From: Heptranchias perlo
Taxonomy: Eukaryota
Length of the DNA: 64,000 nt
Direction: 5' to 3'
Assembly (NCBI RefSeq): GCF_035084215.1
Contig: NC_090358.1
Coordinates: forward strand, 7,812,001 to 7,876,000
In this document: positions 63,889-64,000 of the stretch, one piece after another
Layout of the letters: every line of letters begins with the position of its first letter
Numbering within the stretch: the first letter of the stretch is position 1
Program-made: the position numbers and the translations under genes
Notes under the pieces: model-generated
What the model saw: only the letters and a program-made list of their open reading frames with translations
Told to the model about the DNA's origin: nothing
The model's database searches: none

Positions 63889-64000
63889 ATTTATATCCCT
63901 CTCAGAACTTCAGTCTCAGCAGAAGACCCCATGCTGTAGTCAACTAACATGGAGCACCAGTCGGTTCAAGAAATGGACTCTGCATAAAGAAAGTTTTCTA
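63889..64000 (+). CDS. Candidate exon 3 of the divergent gene (runs off window)
   Basis: TTCTGTTGCAG acceptor; phase-2 frame open to the window end (FISLSELQSQQKTPCCSQLTWSTSRFKKWTLHKESFL). Confidence 0.28.

Overview
Vertebrate genomic DNA, most likely a cartilaginous fish (inferred from the repeat families). It holds two convergent genes. ST8SIA2 (polysialyltransferase STX) is on +, with coding exons 2-6 at 1869-31588; exon 1 lies upstream of the window. FAM174B is on -, with three coding exons at 60165-47606. A CpG-rich bidirectional promoter at ~60.2-61.0 kb may drive an unidentified spliced + strand transcript whose three candidate exons join in one open frame. Introns and intergenic DNA are dense in CR1-type and L2 LINE fragments, Deu-domain SINEs, an LF-SINE-like family, an unclassified tRNA-SINE, a Buster/Charlie hAT fossil and Penelope-like element (PLE) pieces. 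Highlights: (1) ~200-bp palindromic, TSD-flanked PLE mini-insertions carrying minimal hammerhead ribozymes, with one arm starting at the predicted cleavage site; (2) an inverted, near-identical LINE pair bracketing ST8SIA2 exons 3-5, which would give a stop-free 687-nt circle, plus an ACTAAY (QKI-type) array; (3) LF-SINE-like copies in an apparent shark; (4) the candidate divergent gene. Repeat boundaries are approximate, family names come from recalled consensus features, and no database search was run.
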